From positions 50,096,001-50,160,000 of the forward strand of contig NC_045710.1 of NCBI RefSeq assembly GCF_009834535.1: a stretch of 64,000 bases of DNA, read 5' to 3'. The DNA comes from Camelus ferus. Its lineage: Eukaryota. The position numbers and the translations under genes are program-made. This document shows positions 51,555 to 64,000 of this stretch, in pieces. The notes under the pieces are model-generated. The model was not told the origin of the DNA. It did not search any database and was given only the letters and a program-made list of their open reading frames with translations. The first letter of the stretch is position 1. Each line of letters opens with the position of its first letter.

Positions 51555-52206
51555 GAGACAGAGGTGTTGAAATAGGCCTCCTGGGAAGGCAGTTCCCAAA
51601 GATAGTCGTGCTTAGTAAGAAGAGGAGGGTGTTACACGATGCTGAACACAGCCTTGTATTCAAAAGATCGTACAGGATTAATTTAAAAGATTGAAAATTG
51701 AATTTAATGTAAAAGACCTTAAAGAGTCATGTAACAAAAATTGTATTTATAAGGAAAAAGAAAGACCAATTCATAATACGCTATAATGCCAGTTAATAAG
51801 CCATCCAGAAAGTGTGCCATTTATTTATTCAATAAATATTTATTTAGTGCCTACTATGTGCAAGGTTAGGCATTGTGGATATAGTGGTAGGCAAAAACAA
51901 ATCTAGCCCTTGCCTTTGTAGAGTTTATAGTCTAAGTTTAATAGATACTTAACCACCCGTGGGCCAGCCTACTTCAAGCCCCAAACATCTTAAAAGCAGA
52001 TTGTGTCCATCACAACAAATGAGACACCAAGGAACATGCTCTCTGGATATGTGAAAGCAAAGGGTCGCCTATACCATCAGTGGATAAAGGAGACTAGTCT
52101 TTTATTAACACACACACACAAAATCCTGCAACAGGAAGTGGCCAAGTAAATAAAGATTGGTTGTTTATTGAGGAAGGAGGCAGAGCAATTAGAAAAAAGA
52201 ATTCCA

Positions 52207-52342
52207 GGTGGGAGGGTATAGCTCAGTGGTAGAGTGCATGCCTAGCATTCACAAGGTCCTGGGTTCAATCCCCAGCACCTCCATCATAAATAAAACCCTA
52301 ATTACCTGCCCCCCCCCCGCCAAAAAATAAATTAAAAAAAAA
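52207..52342 (+). mobile_element. Camelid tRNA-Ala-derived SINE
   Basis: GGGAGGGTATAGCTCAGTGGTAGAGTGCATGCCTAGCATTCACAAGGTCCTGGGTTCAATCCCCAGCACCTCCA, then CCCTAATTACC...C-run and A tail; TSD degenerate. Confidence 0.9.
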
Positions 52343-53199
52343 TTAGGTATGCCTATGGCAAGGGAGGAATTCTGAATAACTATGCTAATATTCACAATTC
52401 TTTAAGAATTCTTGAGAAATCTCAGCATAAACTCAGCATAAACTTTTTCATTTCATTTAGTTTTAGAAACTATGAAAAAGTCCTTTAGATTTTTAGAATC
52501 CAACAAAAAAAGAAAAGAAAAGAAAGGAAAAGTCATATATACAACCTGGACTGACCCACAATGGATTTCACTTGAAACATATTAAATAGCTCTTATTACT
52601 TGGCTTAGCTCTACGTCTGCTGCCCCTCTTACTCCCCCCGCCCACGTAATGAGCTGTGCGAGAGGATCGCCACCAGTAACAACATGCATTTCTATAAGTT
52701 CTTTATGGATTTCAAACATTTATCTTCTTTTTGAAATCTATCCAAAAAGTAGCAGCAACATATTATTTGCCAGTCTTTCAGTTTTTAACAAATGGGATTA
52801 AGCAAGAGACCAGCGGTGGGTGATGGGAGCAGCATCGTATACGAACAGCATGCATGAGCTTTGCCCAAGCACTGCAGCAGTCGTAGCAGTGATAATAAAA
52901 GTAACAGTAACAGCCACCATTGTCTGAGAACCAAATACGTGTCAGTCACTCTGCTAAGTGCTTTACTGCGAGGGTTGTTCTGAGTTCATTTCTTGGTACC
53001 GTATTTTCATGGAGGGCACTTGTTGGCTGGTGGCCCCTGGATTGTTAACTGTCTATTGGCCAATCACATCTGTCTGGTTCTGTCTATAAAACAAAACACC
53101 TGGTCAGTCTTCCTTGATCCCTCTCTCTTCCTCGCTCTCTAATCCAATATGAATTTTACCTCCTATGTCCAGTTGGTTTGACAAACTAAATATCTCTGC

Positions 53200-53640
53200 A
53201 TTCATATTTATTATTCATCTTACCATCAGACAACACTTTGAGGTCAGTGTTTTTCTTATTCTCATTTTCCAGAAAAGGAAGCTGAGATTCAGAAGTTTCA
53301 TAACTTGTCCAAATCCTCATGGCCAGAAAGTGGTGGGGCTTGGAGATGCACATAAATCTATTTAGAGCCCAAATCTATTTTTTCTGTCTCCAGAGCCCAA
53401 GTTCTTAAGAATAAGAGCTACCATTTAGGTGAGGAATTTCAGGCACTGTGCTATGGACTTTGCCTGTATTATCTCACTTAATCTTCCCAACTCAGTAACC
53501 TTATGCAGTGGGTATTGTTCTTACCCCACTATTACAGATGGGGAAACAGAGACTCAGAGAGGTTGGGGAACTTGCGCAAGGTCACATTGCTCATGAGCAA
53601 GTTGACCCAAGCAATTTGGTTCCAGATTCTAAACTACTAG
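53200..53640 (-). mobile_element. Two tandem antisense MIRs
   Basis: CTCATTTTCCAGAAAAGGAAGCTGAGATTCAGAAG and CCCACTATTACAGATGGGGAAACAGAGACTCAGAGAGG. Confidence 0.8.
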
Positions 53641-55394
53641 TGATTATGTTAAACTGTTTCCCCAAATTGGGGTTCAGACAAGTTAAAGGATTTACCAGGG
53701 ACCATAGGTCAGCGAAGTACAGGACCAGGCCAAGAGCAGGACCCAGCTTCTCGCAATGGATTATGCTTAAAGCACGTGGTCGTCTTAACCCAGTCTCCGT
53801 TAGACCTCAGTCGCACTCTCACCTCTGACATCCACCCCGACCCTGTGTGAGTTCTTTCCATTCCATCTAGTGATTTCCCTTCAACCATTTCCCAATGTTG
53901 TGTCTACACCTCCTGCATCGCTACCACTGCCCAGGTCGGAGAGGGACTTGCTGCCTCCCCACCCCCATCCAGTCTCCAGTCCCTAAGCTGATCTGCTGTC
54001 TGCTGAAGTTCAGACAGACTGATTACTGTTAAGTCTGGGCTGCTAATCACCAAGGGAACCCCCCAAATCCACCCAGTGCCATTGTGACTTCCTACCTTTT
54101 GAAACCAGACATTTCTAACTAAAAGAATCCACCAGTCCCAGACAAAGCTCACCCATCCCCCCTCACCGATAAATTTTACTCTTTTGGCTGTAGTGCATCC
54201 CTTCCAGATGTTTTAAGTTAAGATTGGGAAAGCGGTGTTTTTACTGGATTGAATCACAGCACTTGGCTGATATTTTTCGGCCCTTTATACGCTCCTTAGA
54301 TTTATCAACTAATTGCAGACACTTTGAGAGAATAATACAGCATGAGTTTATTATGACAAAACCTGCTAGTGTGTCTTTGTGGGCAAAGATGTGTTTCCTT
54401 TACTGACCCCTGGTTAGGTATTAGAGTTGGTTCAAAAACATCAGTTCAAAGTCAGGAGCATACGTGGGGGAAAATTTCACTTGTGCTTTGATGGAGTTTG
54501 GGGGATGGGGACAGGATAGATCCAGTAGCTCAATTTTTATGCTTGGACTGTTGAAACCGTTAGTTGTGGATGATAAAATGACTTGTAAAAGGAGACAGAG
54601 GAATTTTATTTATAACATAAAAAATAGCTTTGTGCTCTTCTAATGCCACTGTTTAATAAATTTCTCCATATGGGTTAATTCTGTCCCTTCCAGTGTCACC
54701 TGTTTGGAGACTTGTGCATGAAGACATGTTGAAGGGGGTGGCTGCCGACTAGCTGAGGTGGCCCTTCAGGCAGCAAATTGGTGGGGTGGGGAGGGGGTGG
54801 ACTGTCATCACAGTTCAGGGGGGACAGTTGTTATCTGGGATATGAGTCACTGGCAAGGATCTGAATGAGGATCCTGCCAAACCCCAGTCCTAGGATGCTG
54901 CTGCATCTAAAAGACCAGATTGACCATTGGAAAGGGGAGGATAGTAGAGCTGAAAGGGAAACATGGATGCCTAGGATGTATCCCTGAGGTCCCTGATCCC
55001 AAGTCGGAATGTCAGTGAAGGGCTCAGAGGCGATGTCAGGTCCCCAGAGCCAGGTGGGTGAGGACCACTGCCTCTAACAGAGATGGACACGGATGTGGGG
55101 AGTTTGGTGCCTGCTTACCCTGCTGTAGACAAAACAGGCTTGGGACTAGCCGGAATCTGAGGCTGCACCTGCGTTTGAGGCGGGTGGAGGCGCTGGATAA
55201 GCCAGAGGGAGAGGAAGTAAGGGCAAAACTGAAGAAAAGGAGCAAATGGCTTCCGACTGTGCAGTCAGGTGGAAGCTGAACACAGATCAAGGAATCAAAG
55301 TACAAAAATGCCTTTCAATTGTACAAGAGTCAGAAAGAACGGCAGAAAAAGAAGCTGGAAATCTGAATTTTAGAATTGTCAAGGAAAAGAAAGA

Positions 55395-55710
55395 AAGTTG
55401 CCCCTCTGGATCTGGGGGTTCCACATCTGCAGATTCAACCAACTGGGGATCAAAAAAATTTGGAAAAAAATTCCAGAAAGTTCCAAAAAGGAAAACTTGA
55501 ATTTACCGTGTGCTAGCAACTATTTACTTAGCATTTACACAGTATTATGTATTATAAATAATCAAGGGATGATTTAAAGTATACAGAAGAATGTGCAGAG
55601 ATTATATGCAAATACTGTGTCATTTTGCACAAGGGATTTGAGCATCCTTGGATTTCGGTACCCTCAGGGGTCCTGGAACCAATCCTTCCGCCATACTGAG
55701 AGGGGACCGT
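55395..55710 (-). mobile_element. MER2-like TcMar-Tigger DNA transposon
   Basis: Reverse complement reads GATTGGTTCCAGGACCCC...CCAAGGATGCTCAAATCCC...GTATTTGCATATAATC...GTATACTTTAAATCATC; both termini are recognisable. Confidence 0.85.
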
Positions 55711-56889
55711 GCTGCTTCTTATGACTCTTAGGTGTACAGAGTTACCTAAAACACGTGGTTGGGGGGGAGCCTGCTTCAAGGAATACATTTGAATATTCGG
55801 TCATCTGTACATCAGAGAACAATTTTCTGAAGCACATTGTTCATTTCCTTTCACAATGCTTCTCCACGAGGACGCCCAGATTTCTCTCTGGAATGGGTAA
55901 ATATTATCTCTTCTGAGAAACTGGTTTGTTTTCATTCTTCAGATTAAGAATCTCATAAATATTGTCTGTCCTCTTCATTTGCTACCAGAAAGCTCAGAAC
56001 TAAATACAGGGGCCTCGCCTAACAGGGGAATAAGCTCCTTGGTGTATTTTTTTCTATGCTAGTTTCCCTCTTTACTTCATCTTCCCCTTGTTTTCCCTTT
56101 GATCCAGTTCCTCCCCTTTTTGTAACTGATTGTCTCTTTTAGTTGATTGCATCTTGTAGTGTGTGTATCACTTAAGCTGGAACAAAGAGGCAAATACCAA
56201 TAAATACATCCATGCAGACAAATGGGTGCTTCCCCATGCTCAAAGATGCCTTTTTCTTTTATGGACTTTACATTTTACTTCACTATTAATTCCGCTAACA
56301 AATGTCCCTTTCATAAATAGAGAAATGGCTCCCTTCAGCCCTTTGAACCTTCTCAACTTCCAAATTAAGTCAGGCCCAAATAAAGATACTGCATTTGGCT
56401 TGGTAAATTAACTCAGTGTCCTATACTGGTTTAAAATGCTTGGTCGAAATTTTAGAATCATGATGCAGTCAGAGGCGGTATTCATCAAGGGTGGAGAAAA
56501 GCTGAAACTCCATCAGTCAGCTACTCTGCTTTTCCCAGAAGAAGCCTTCATTATTAATTCTCTGTGCAGTTATGGGGTCCACTAGACTCTCCACTCAACC
56601 CTGCAAGACTCATTTGGGGGGGAAGACTACATTTCCATTTAAATAAGGCTTAGGGGGTCCTCCTGAAGGGTGAGGCACAGCAAACAGCCTGCAAAGCCCT
56701 TCCTCTCCCGCGACCTGTTTTCACTTCTCTAACAAAGAGGGAGCTCGGGGTAATCTGAATGTGCAGTCTCCTCTGGAGCGTTGGCCATCTCCATCCCACC
56801 TCTCCAGCTTTATCTCTCATCACTTTTTTGTCTACTTTTCAAGCTCCTGTTGTTCCAGCTAAAGTGGTCTGTGTATTTCTAGTTTCTCA

Positions 56890-57220
56890 CCTTTACAAAT
56901 GCCACTCCCTTCCTGGACCCTAACCTTCCCCTAACTTACTCCTCCCCGCTTGACCGAGTCCTACCCTCAGTATCCACCTCCTCCAGGAAGCCCTTCCCAA
57001 TCTACTAGCCCTCAGTGACCTCCCCCATGAACTCTGTAGCTCCTACTGTTTGCCCTTCAACCCTGGCACCTACCACATAGTGATTGTTACTTAACTTTTC
57101 AAGTGTGGGGTGCCATTTCCCCAACCAGATAGTAAACCTCTCCGTAATGAGGGCTGGCATATTGACTCAGTAAATATCTGCCGAAAAAAAAAAAAAAAGC
57201 CAAATGAATGAATAATTCCT
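56890..57220 (+). mobile_element. L2 3' fragment
   Basis: CACCTCCTCCAGGAAGCCCTTCCC...CAGTAAATATCTGCCG...AATGAATGAAT tail. Confidence 0.7.
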
Positions 57221-57434
57221 TTGGTTGTGGGGACACTCAGAAGCATCTAGCACAGTGCTGGATCATTAAATGTTTGACATCAATGATACCAGTAAAGATG
57301 TCACCCTCGACTCACCCAACCACAGCCACGTAATGTCCTTGAACTTGCCTGTCTTGGGAGCTAAAAACAAATGCCACTTTTCTGTTTTAAGAAAATAAGC
57401 TGTGTTTTGACTTTTTGCTTTCTTCTCCTTCCAG

Positions 57435-57495
57435 ATTTTGAAGAAGTCCTGCATTGAAATCCTGGCAGCTGAACCATCCACCATATGTGCAGGAG
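57435..57495 (+). CDS. ANTXR1: ANTXR1 exon 9 (61 nt, phase 0-1): [20 protein letters not shown](E)
   Basis: tcttctccttccAG|ATTTTG...GGAG|GTaaat; contains C220 and C232. I did not find exon 10 before position 64000. Confidence 0.98.
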
Positions 57496-58745
57496 GTAAA
57501 TTGAACTTAGTGCCAATTGCTATCACACAAATGCTGAGATTTTGAGTTCAAGTCAGATGTTTACTTCATCGGGAGAGAAGAAGGGAGGCAGGGCAGGAAA
57601 GGGGAGGGGAGAAAAAGGAGTAGAAATTAAATGCTCAATAAATTTGCTTCCAGAGGAAAAAAAAGAGAATAAAGAAGCAACATGTCAGTTGTTTGAAAGT
57701 TTGGAAAAGTCTATCCACATTCTCTCCTTCCATGGGAACTATGGGAGCCTTACAGAAATACTGGGTTCCCGTACATCACCACTCGTACCCCTCTCTGGAT
57801 ACAAGTGGAGTCTAACTCTTCACCCTCATGACAGTCCTACAGAGCCATCACAGTGATCATAGGCCATCTCTGAAATGTTGACATAGTTAACTATTTAATT
57901 GGTGCTGGCCCTCTCTCCATAATTATTATAGTGACCTTAATTAATTGCTTGATCTAGTAGTCATCACAAAATGTTGATAGGCAATTTCAATTGTCCCAGT
58001 AAAGGGCCATTATAATATTGTATTTAATACAGGAAGCCTCCTCTTATTCAGAGTCAGCCTTCTCTGAGCCACAATATTTTCTGTAACTGATCACAACTGG
58101 GGTCTTGCTGTTGTTTTGTACTGTAATGAACTGCCTGTAACTTCCACCGTGCTAGCTTTCTGTACAATTCTTGACGGATTTCCCAGTACTCTTCTTTTCT
58201 TTATTTAAAAAGTATTTTAGGCACCTTCTGAATGCCAGGCACTGTGGTTGGTGCTGGAGATACAAAAAGGATAAACTCTCTCTCCATGAGTTTGTGTGCT
58301 CCAGGACCTGGAGTCTTTCCCTGTTGAGAGTTCACTGTTAATGTTGCCTTTCCATTCAACTAAAATACCAAGTGCCAATTATCAATGTGTCATAGAAAAT
58401 ATATCATGCAACCCTGTAAGAAGTGAGGAAAGAACTTTCAGGGCTTTTTCAAACGCGCTACAGTTTTGTTCTCGATATTGCACATTTTATTGGTATAAAT
58501 GAGATAATTTCTTAAGGATTTCATTTTAGTTTCTCAGCTATTATTTTAGAATAGCTGAAAAACTTTCAAGGAGTTAGATGCACTGAATAGCCCATACCAA
58601 CAACAAAACACTAAGTGTACTTGTAAACGTGTAAAGTTATTAACAATACTCGGTGACTGACTATTCAGAGATAAGTGTAAATTTCCCAAAGAAAAGCAAT
58701 CAACAAAGACCATCTACTGACCTTTAACACTGCTACCTGGTAACA

Positions 58746-58800
58746 CACATGGTGGGGACAAGTGTCATTGCCACATGGTGGGGACAAATGTCATTGCCAC
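58746..58800. repeat. Two-copy tandem duplication, period 26 nt
   Basis: CACATGGTGGGGACAA(G/A)TGTCATTGC twice, then CAC. Confidence 0.95.
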
Positions 58801-59329
58801 AACGACAGGTCCAGGAGAACCTTCTTAAGAAAAAGAAATGAAAAATCTTACCTTTGCAAATTGACAAAGTCATATGACCACATGAACCCAGGGCCAAGGC
58901 CTTGTAAGGGGTCTGTGCCGTGAGGAGCCTTAACTAGGGTTCAGTAGCGTCAAGGTAAATCTGCCTCCACAATTTTTATAATCCCTTTATTTTAAAGCAA
59001 TTAGAAAATAGGGGAGTTCCTTATTTGTGCAATTATCTCATTCATGAAAAAAAAAAAAAAACCCAGATTTGCAATCCTACTGAGTGTGGTGCAACCTTGT
59101 AGTGAATCACAACGTCTAAAGACAATGAATACAACTTCTGTGAATTCACTATCGTAATCAATTCCCCTCCTGTAGGGCTCCTGGGACAGAGAAGGAACCT
59201 TATGTCTCTCCACTTCCCACTGCCTAACAGAGGACGTGGTACTTAATAAGCTGTCAATAAATATTGACTGAATGTCTTGCTTCATATAGTCCCTCAACAA
59301 TGTCCCAATTTTTGCTTACTTAACCCTTA

Positions 59330-59830
59330 TTAACTACTTTCACCTGATCTCAAGAGGTTATCAGACTTTTGAACTGTCTAATTAAAATGAAACAAAATTA
59401 GAACTAGCCAAAGATAGAACAAGGCCAAAAAAAACCCCACAGAATCTCAACCACTTGGACAACAGAAAAATATCCTCCTAAATAATTCTTGAATCAAAGA
59501 TCAGTAAACCAGACTCTCCTTTACTCACCATTGAGGTACTCAAGACAATAAAAAGATCACACATATAAACTTAATGAATATGACACAGAAATACCAGATT
59601 CCACAAAATCTGATTGTAGCAAGTGCGTAGCTTTTAATATGTTTCTTATTAAATGGAAAAGAAAAATAAAAAATTAAGTAAAATCTTCTTAAGCTAAGGA
59701 AAATACAAAGAAAAAAATTAAAATGCGTTAATAAATTTAAACAAATTAAAACAATTCAGTGGATAAATTATCCCAAAAGCTGTTTCTCTGGTAGAACAAA
59801 TAAAATGGACAAACCTCTGGTGGATCCATC
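59330..59830 (+). mobile_element. Decayed L1ME-type ORF2 remnant
   Basis: CCAAAAGCTGTTTCTCTGGTAGAACAAATAAAATGGACAAACCTCTGG is an ORF2 landmark. Confidence 0.5.
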
Positions 59831-61544
59831 CCAAGGAATCTTCCTTTAAATATTTTTTAAGTCTCTGGCTTGAATGCAATATTGCATATTTTATAGACAA
59901 ACAATAGTCTCCTGCATCAGCATAAATGATCCAATTCTGTTTCTTTTGTTTCTTATAAAGAAAAAATTAATACAAGACACAGTGATGGAAGCTAGCCCCA
60001 GATTTTGAAAAGGCAAGCTCCTACCTCTCTCGAATTAGAATCATGAGGGTTAAAACATGTTGATTAGAGAATAAAGTTACTAAGAAGAAAATGAAGCTTT
60101 CAAAATATATCATTACACCAAAAGTTCCTCCACAGATTCCTTAAAGCTCTGGTGCTGGTCATTCTCTGGAGTAAGTGTGGCTGTCAGGAAGCATTGGAGA
60201 CCATTTAATTGTCCATGGCTATGAAGTCCTGCCAGGCATACCCCGGCTGTGATTTCCATTAGGCTACTGTGAGGACCCAGGGGTGTATGTGAACGTACTT
60301 TAAAAAGCATAAATTGTTATGCAAAACAAGGTGACATTATTATCAGTATCATTTTAATAAGGATTGAAAGTCCATGGGAGAATCATGGTGTTGATAACAT
60401 CATACCTAGATGAGGAAAACATTCCTGTATGTTTCTCTACTGAAAGAAAATTGGGGAAACCTTGATTGAGTTCAGAGGACCTGCAAAGCGATTAACTCAA
60501 TATGTCCTGGAGGAGAAAGTAAACAAGGAAATCGCCGATAGTGAGACTAAACCCTAGACAGGCCTATGAAGAAGGTAGAATTTGCTCTCATCAAAAACCT
60601 TCCTCTCAGCCCCTCCCCTCACTCTCTGAATTACCTCCCTTCCTTGGCCCCGAGAGCAGCCCCAGCTGTGGATCCCCACCTAGGCCTGTCTACTCAAGAC
60701 ACTCGAGGCTGACAGTTGCATTCCCCCAAGACAATGATCTCAGCTGGCTCTCACCAGCAGCTTAGCAAGAGCCATGGTTCTGACAGCAAACTGAGCTCTG
60801 AGAGAGGCAGCGAGATAATGCACTGGGCGGACCACAAAACCGAGCTCCAACACCGATCTTTCTGTGTTGGACTGCAAACAACAGGGTGGAATTTAATGGG
60901 ACAAATACAAAATGCTGAGCTCACAAATGGTCAGTTTCACATGCAACAGGTTTAGAGAAACCGGGACTTAGTAAGAGTTCACAAAGGGGAAAAGACTAAA
61001 GCAAGGAGAAGCATAGCTGTCTTGAGAACCACCGAGAATGCCTCTGACAAAAATGAGGCTGATGCAGTCTTAGGGTTCATCAATAGCCATCCAGTGTCTG
61101 GGTCAAGAGGGCTAATTCCATGTTCTACTATTCCAGGTTCAGACCATGGTTCCGAGTCCTGTATTTTAAAAGTGGTATTGACAAAGGGCATAATAGAAGA
61201 GGTGATGGAATTGGGAACCATATTAGTAATTCATTCAGGATGTGGGGGCAGCCTGGCTGCGACATCTATCACCCCACTGATAGCCCGGGATCGTTCAGCT
61301 GATCTGGCCGGCTAGGCAGGTGTCCCCTTCCTCCCTCCCATGTGTATCCCTCCTGAAGCTGCATGCTCAGTGGAAGAGGAAGATATTCCTTAATAGGGTC
61401 CATTCTTTGGTCAGGGGTGTACAAGTATCTGTTCTTCCCTGCTGCAACCTCCAAACAAGCTCTCAAGGTCCATTTACAAGAGAACATAGGATAGTCAAGC
61501 TTCCAAGACTCTAGTCACTGAATCTTTTCCTTCCCTTCCTTCCT

Positions 61545-61780
61545 TCCTTCTCTCCATCAGTTCTTAGTGTCTTCTGTGTACCAAGCAATGTGAAAAGATT
61601 TGAGTACCAAAATGCATGCTTGCTCCCAACCTCCCATGAAACTCACAGTCCGCTCTGGGAGATAGTCATACGTTCAGATAAATTGTAAAACCATGCATGA
61701 AGCGCTATAGCAGAGATCTACTCAAAGAGCAGTGGGGGCACTAATGAGATGCTTGTGGAATGAGGAAGGACTGAAGTACC
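61545..61780 (-). mobile_element. L2 fragment
   Basis: CTGTGTACCAAGCAATGTG...GCTTGCTCCCAACCTCCCATGAAACTCACAGTC. Confidence 0.5.
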
Positions 61781-63304
61781 CCACAGAGATGCAGACAAAG
61801 AACTGAGACACTCACAAGGGCATCTTCAGATATTTGGAAAATTCCTCTGCAGAAAGGAATTACTCGACTTATTATACAAAGCTTCAGAAGACCACCATGA
61901 AGAGGTTGGGGAGGAATTCAGAGGGGCACATTTTGGCTTGATGCCTGCAACTTTTACAGCTAAAGCTTTCCAACAGTGGAGTGGATGGTCTGAACTTTCC
62001 ACCCTTAGAATTATGTGAGTGATGACAGAATGGCCATCTGTAACCGTACGCTTTCCAGAAAAGTCCTCCTTTGGGTCTCCTTTCTAACTTTAAGTTTCTA
62101 AGGACTTAATCCAGTTTCAGCCAAGGTATTAATGGCTGATTGTTCTTTAATGGCTGAAGAAACCAGTATACTTGGAACTATTTTGCATTTTAACGGGATG
62201 TCTTAACGGGAAGAGGAGGTGGGGAAAGTATCTTATCTGCTCTGATCAAAAAGAATTTCGTTCAATGTCATGGGTGAACCTCTTCGGCGAAAGAGCCTTC
62301 CCAAAACTCCTCCACTGCCAAAGGTTATAAACTGGCAGCTAACAAGCCCCATCTGGTATGCGTATATGTTCTTTTTGATTCACACTGCAATGTTTAAAAA
62401 AACAACTTAAATTTATTGCTAACATTTAAAAGTCTGATTTTACCTAAAAATGCAGAGTTTCATCTTGTGTTGAAAAATCACATTTAGGCCTTCATTTATT
62501 GCAAGATAATGATTATTGGAGACTGAATAACTTCGCTTTAAAAGAAGTGTGTACTCTTTCCAGTTCACCATACTCCCCACCACTCCCCATTGTAACCCCA
62601 ATACCCAGGCCAAGCATATGGTTGCCATTTAAGATGGTGCTTATGTCACTGTATTCATAGTTTCTGTTCTAAAACATGTAGGAAGTCACCTGCACCTTTG
62701 ACATTACCTGTATTTAATTAATTCTGCTTCCCTGCCCAATACAGACTCTTTTTTAAAGTTCCTAATTAAATATTATTGCTGTGTAATTAGGAGAATTGAC
62801 CCATTGTTAGATCGGCCCCTCATGGTTCTGCTCCTCTCGAGGAAATGCACCCTCTGCCTGAGTACAATTTTCCTCTGGTCCCACTCAGTCGGCCTCAGAC
62901 TTGAATAGCTCCCAGTGTTCTACATAAGCAAGTGCTCCAGGAAGGAACTAATTGGAATTAAGTGTGCAGCCTGCCAACGGCTCGACATTTGAAGTTTTTG
63001 TACTCCAGAAATGGACGGAGGTTATCTGTCACTAGTTCCCCACATTGTCATTTCAGAAGCAACTGTCTCATTCCTACTCTGTTGTTTCCCATCGTTTGTC
63101 ACAAAACTGGATGAATGAGTGCAAAGGAAGGTCGTTTTAGGCTGTGTGTTTACCATTTGGTAACATGACACGTTTAAGCAACATCAAACAGGGGTTTCAT
63201 TTCTCTCATTTTTCATTGTTTTTCAAAGACGCCTGGCCCATAGGCATCTCTTCTGAATTGACTGCTTAATGCTCCGATTGGGCTTCCTTTTTATTTAAAG
63301 ATAT

Positions 63305-63985
63305 TTCTATTGGGAAGAAGGACCCTGGTACCCTGTTGGTGGAAATGTAAAATGGCACAAACACTTTGGAAAACATTTCTGACTGTTTCTCAAAAAGGTA
63401 AACATACACCTACCACATGACCTAGCCATTCTACTAGTACCTAGGTGTTTATATTTACCCAAGAAAAAAGGAACTCTGTGTCCTGACAGAGACCTGCACA
63501 CAAATGTTTATCACAGCTCTATTTTTAATAGCCAAAAACTGAACAACTCAAATATTCCTCAAGAGGTGAATGGATAAACAAATTGCGATTTTCATACAAG
63601 GAATAATACTCAGCAATAAAAAGGAATAGGCCATACATAAACCTCAGAATAATTATGGGTGCGTCTTTCAGTAGTGAGGCTGAGTAAAAGAAGCTAGACC
63701 AAAAAAAAAAAAAAAAGCATACTTACTATGTGATTCCATTTACATAAAATTCTGGAGAATGCAAACTAATCTGTGACTACAAAGAGCAGCTGAGTGGTTG
63801 CATGGTGTGGGAGGAGGCAGGAGGAAGAGATCACAAAGGAGCACACGGGAACTTCTGAGGGTGACGGAGGTGTTCGCTATCTTGATTGTGGCATTGCCCC
63901 ATGACTGTATACATGTGTCAAAACCTGTCAAATTATACACTTTACATCCAAGTTGTTGTACGTTAGTTATACCTCACTAAAGCTC
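63305..63985 (+). mobile_element. L1MC/MD-type 3' end
   Basis: GTTGGTGGAAATGTAAAATGG...ACCACATGACCTAGCCATTC...GGATAAACAAATTG...TGATTCCATTTACATAAAATTC...TTATACCTCACTAAAGCT. Confidence 0.85.
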
Positions 63986-64000
63986 GTATTAGTAAATAGC

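Noticed and set aside
55058-55500. Charged, helical-looking ORFs (VEALDKPEGEEVRAKLKK..., ESERTAEKEAG...)
   Set aside because: Explained by purine-rich intronic sequence running into the MER2 element; no homology recognised.

Overview
Mammalian genomic DNA from inside one gene: ANTXR1 (anthrax toxin receptor 1 / TEM8) on the + strand. It is probably from a camelid (camel, alpaca or llama), judged from four copies of a tRNA-Ala(AGC)-derived SINE of the camelid Vic-1 type; I saw no ruminant or pig SINEs. The window runs from intron 1 to intron 9 and holds coding exons 2-9 (72, 72, 82, 34, 80, 69, 81 and 61 nt; 551 nt in total). All introns are GT-AG and the frame stays open across every junction. 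These exons encode nearly all of the vWA/I domain, including MIDAS residues S52, S54, T118 and D150 (human numbering), and the start of the Ig-like stalk. The rest is intronic: L1, L2 and MIR remnants, hAT and Tigger DNA transposons, one probable solo ERV LTR, microsatellites and four N gaps. None of the supplied long ORFs is a credible independent gene. I found no novel multi-gene system. The best leads are small-scale: a predicted RNA G-quadruplex over the branch-point zone of exon 6 inside a CpG-rich patch, a compact non-B-DNA cluster in intron 3, a cryptic acceptor in an antisense SINE, a possible intronic-polyadenylation isoform, and N gaps that look like masked sequence. Exon coordinates are exact. 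Repeat boundaries and subfamily names are approximate and come from recalled consensus sequences.
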